64,000 nucleotides of DNA from a bacterium (GTDB lineage Bacteria; UBA8248; JACPRG01; G963555815): NCBI GenBank assembly GCA_965261595.1, contig CBDHDG010000006.1, forward strand, positions 1,376,001 through 1,440,000. The letters are read 5' to 3'. The first letter of the stretch is position 1. Each line of letters starts with the position of its first letter. This document shows positions 61,905-64,000 of this stretch, one piece after another. The translations under genes and the position numbers were made by a program. Under the pieces are notes generated by a model. The model was given only the letters and a program-made list of their open reading frames with translations, was not told the origin of the DNA and did no database searches.

Positions 61905-61981
61905 TGGCGCCCACGGCACGACTCGAACGTGCGACCCCAGGATTAGGAATCCTGTGCTCTATCCACCTGAGCTACGTGGGC
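61905..61981 (-). tRNA. tRNA-Arg (anticodon CCT)
   Basis: GCCCACG acceptor stem, D arm AGCTCAGGTGGATAGAGC, anticodon arm CAGGA-TTCCTAA-TCCTG, GTTCGAGTC T-loop, encoded CCA. Confidence 0.97.
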
Positions 61982-62448
61982 AGGCTATCCTTTCAATGGG
62001 CTCGCCAACGACCCTCCATCCGCGTCGTCTCGTGACCCCGCGACTTCTCGACTGTATTTAGGTCCACGCCCTTCATTGCCAAGTCCGAAGCGGAGCACGA
62101 GACCATCGTGTTGGTGAGAAATCCGGCTTACCCCCAACCGGGAACTTCCAATCCCACGCCGAGGAGGTGGCCGAAGAGATCGGTCAGTTTCTGACGATCC
62201 TCTTCCGGCGGTGGCGGCTGGATATGGGATGTCTCAAAGAAGAAATGGGAGCAGAAGTCCGACGCGAGCTGGAAATCCCCGACCGGTGGCGACAGCAGCT
62301 ATCGAAACCGCCTCCGTCACCCCGTGGTCCAGGTGAGCTGGAAAGATGCGCGGTCTTATTGCAGATGGGCAGGGAAGGGGTTGCCGACAGAGGCCGAATG
62401 GGAAAAGGCGGCTCGTGGGGTGAATGGCCGGAATTATCCCTGGGGGAA

Positions 62449-62596
62449 TGATTCGTGATTATGCCTTTGACGCAGTAAGACACAAGATATAGGTGCGATT
62501 TTGAGACACTGGGAAAAGGCGGCTCATGGCCGGTTGATTCGTGATTATGCCTTTGACGCAGTAAGACACAAGATATAGGTGCGATTTTGAGACACT
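62449..62596 (+). repeat. Two identical 62-bp direct repeats (62449-62510, 62535-62596)
   Basis: TGATTCGTGATTATGCCTTTGACGCAGTAAGACACAAGATATAGGTGCGATTTTGAGACACT x2, each preceded by GGGAAAAGGCGGCTC...ATGGCCGG. Confidence 0.95.
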
Positions 62597-62631
62597 ACAT
62601 GTTGTGGTTATCCAACAGGAGGGGGTCACTT

Positions 62632-62847
62632 TTAGGGACCCGTGGAACCACATATCCTCCCATTGATGATGGCTGGTGGCCCGACGTAAGAGCCCCGAAT
62701 TTCGAGTGGGATGCGTTTCTTCGGCGGTTTCTTATTCCTTATCCCCATCAAGTAGAAACCCGCATAGAAGAGAAGATCAATAACCCTAGAGGCTGCTTCG
62801 GAGATGAACCATTCAAAAACGTCAAATCCTTCGCATTTTGCTTCCAT
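62632..62847 (-). CDS. Small hypothetical protein (71 aa; hydrophobic segment then basic tail)
   Basis: AAGGAGG RBS; VIDLLFYAGFYLMGI followed by RNKKPPKKR. Confidence 0.55.
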   Translation of the reverse strand: MEAKCEGFDVFEWFISEAASRVIDLLFYAGFYLMGIRNKKPPKKRIPLEIRGSYVGPPAIINGRICGSTGP

Positions 62848-62886
62848 TGCCCCAGTCCTCCTTCAAGGTTGGGTGGTGATGGAACC

Positions 62887-62918
62887 GCAGCGCCAGGGGC
62901 GGGATCCCCTGGCGCTGC
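62887..62918. terminator. Perfect 13-bp hairpin between the two small ORFs
   Basis: GCAGCGCCAGGGG-CGGGAT-CCCCTGGCGCTGC; no clear U-tract. Confidence 0.45.
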
Positions 62919-62940
62919 ACTTGTAAATCTTATTTTCCAC

Positions 62941-63291
62941 TTATTTGCACGAGATGAACTCGCACAACGTCTCAAAAACCTTGAATTCCCCTTCAAAACG
63001 GAAAGTCGTAGAGCCAGGGATGCTCTTCAGGTATTGGAATCCTTTTGGATGCTCACTCACCATGAAAATACGCCATTTCTCCTTTGCGTTTCGGTATCCA
63101 AGTTTATACAAAGCTACCAAATCGCGATCGTCCAACATGCGAAGTATGAGTTTTCTTCGTTCCAAATCCACATAAGCGGGGCTGTACACCGCACCTTTTC
63201 CGATAAAACAGGCCTTGTTGGATTCTCCAGCCATGACGGCGGAAGATGCGATGAGGGCAGTTGTAAGTATGCAACCGCCGATAGTACGCAT
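62941..63291 (-). CDS. Small secreted hypothetical protein (116 aa)
   Basis: MRTIGGCILTTALIASSAVMA signal peptide; GGGGG RBS; lower GC than the window average. Confidence 0.65.
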   Translation of the reverse strand: MRTIGGCILTTALIASSAVMAGESNKACFIGKGAVYSPAYVDLERRKLILRMLDDRDLVALYKLGYRNAKEKWRIFMVSEHPKGFQYLKSIPGSTTFRFEGEFKVFETLCEFISCK

Positions 63292-63460
63292 GGGCAGACC
63301 CCCAGAAAATCGAGGTTGACACGGGCTTGGGGATTTGCTACAAGGAGGGTCTGTGAGGTCCTCTCTTGTAGCAACGCCCCGGGGTTCCCTCGGGGCTTCC
63401 ACCCTTTGAAGTTCCATATACCACATGTAGTGGGTCGGATTCAATTTTCGAGGGACCACC

Positions 63461-63497
63461 ATATCTTGTGTCTTACTGCGTCAAGGGCATAATCACG
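63461..63497 (-). repeat. Inverted third copy (36/37 identity) of the 62540-62576 core
   Basis: ATATCTTGTGTCTTACTGCGTCAAGGGCATAATCACG is the reverse complement of CGTGATTATGCC(T/C)TTGACGCAGTAAGACACAAGATAT. Confidence 0.95.
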
Positions 63498-63722
63498 CAT
63501 ACGACTCAGCTGGAAAGACGCGGCTTAGGCTCCGTGGGCAAGATGGCACTGTCAGAGCATATGACTCAGCTGGAGAGCAGCGGGTTAGGCTCTATGGGGG
63601 AAAGGGCCGTATCGAAGCATACGACTCAGCCGGGAAGCAGCGGGTTAGGCTCGATGGGTCAAAGGGCCGTATCGAAGCATACGACTCAGCCGGGAAGTGG
63701 CGGGTTAAGCTCTATGGGGAAA
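63497..63722 (+). repeat. Tandem array of ~3.8 x 60-bp units
   Basis: Units start at 63497, 63557, 63617 and 63677 with GCATAYGACTCAGCYGG...CGGSTTARGCTC. Confidence 0.95.
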
Positions 63723-63737
63723 CCGGAAAGATCTCTT

Positions 63738-64000
63738 TCAAAACTCTAAATGCCAGAGGAACGATTTCTCATCCCTAATTGTTAGGAGACCACTTCCATA
63801 CCCGCTGGGCGAGAAGTATGGCGGGTTCCGGGACGTTCGGCTCAAAGCGGGTATCTTTCCAGCCCCGACCAGCTGCCGCACCGTGGCGCTGAGGTGTCCG
63901 GGCCGGCTGAAGATATTCCGAACGACGAACATTACGAGGGTGCCGATCTCATTTTCAATCGTGTGGGGAAAGACCTCGGCGCGGGCGATCTGGTGCATCA
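63738..64000 (-). CDS. 3' end of an unidentified gene entering from beyond the window
   Basis: Open frame (…HQIARAEVFPHTIENEIGTLVMFVVRNIF…) with GC3-rich codons in its first half. Confidence 0.4.
   Translation of the reverse strand, partial: MHQIARAEVFPHTIENEIGTLVMFVVRNIFSRPGHLSATVRQLVGAGKIPALSRTSRNPPYFSPSGYGSGLLTIRDEKSFLWHLEF

Noticed and set aside
62449..62596. Two-repeat mini-CRISPR
   Set aside because: The 62-bp repeat is too long and the spacer is itself a deleted copy of the upstream flank, so this is a tandem duplication
62587..63492. 301-aa plus-strand ORF spanning the cassette
   Set aside because: No RBS or recognisable motifs; the minus-strand ORFs have RBSs and a signal peptide. 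Not fully excluded.
63497..63722. CRISPR array
   Set aside because: The variable parts are homologous to each other rather than unique spacers, and no cas genes are in the window
63480..63745. Minus-strand poly-selenoprotein (each unit reads TGA-V-V/I-C, i.e. UxxC)
   Set aside because: No start codon between the upstream TAG and the first TGA, an extra TGA in one unit, and no thioredoxin-like context; probably coincidence
61905..64000. Classical tRNA-integrated prophage or island
   Set aside because: The unusual DNA lies on the 5' side of the tRNA; no integrase or duplicated tRNA 3' end is visible there

Overview
GC-rich bacterial chromosomal window, mostly accessory heterotrophic metabolism. 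It carries ABC substrate-binding proteins and a Liv-type transporter, a Rieske oxygenase, an HpaD-type dioxygenase, two UbiD decarboxylases, PLP enzymes, a thiolase/DUF35 pair and Rid proteins. An ~11 kb operon contains three tandem, diverged DUF1445 (D-glutamate cyclase-like) paralogues. Three IS elements (two IS3 family, one IS256 with an 8-bp TSD), a hicBA pair, a candidate fluoride riboswitch before crcB and tRNA-Arg(CCT) are present. Two DsbA/FrnE-like genes that the ORF track truncates are probable selenoproteins: each has an in-frame TGA in a UxxC motif followed by a SECIS-like hairpin. About a dozen genes are broken by stops, 1-bp indels or short tandem duplications. The most unusual region lies beside the tRNA (62.4-63.7 kb). 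There a lower-GC two-ORF cassette is bracketed by a 37-bp inverted repeat carrying NrdR-box-like operators and promoter-like motifs; the left arm is tandemly duplicated and the right arm abuts a 4 x 60-bp tandem array. All calls come from reading motifs by eye; no database searches were run.
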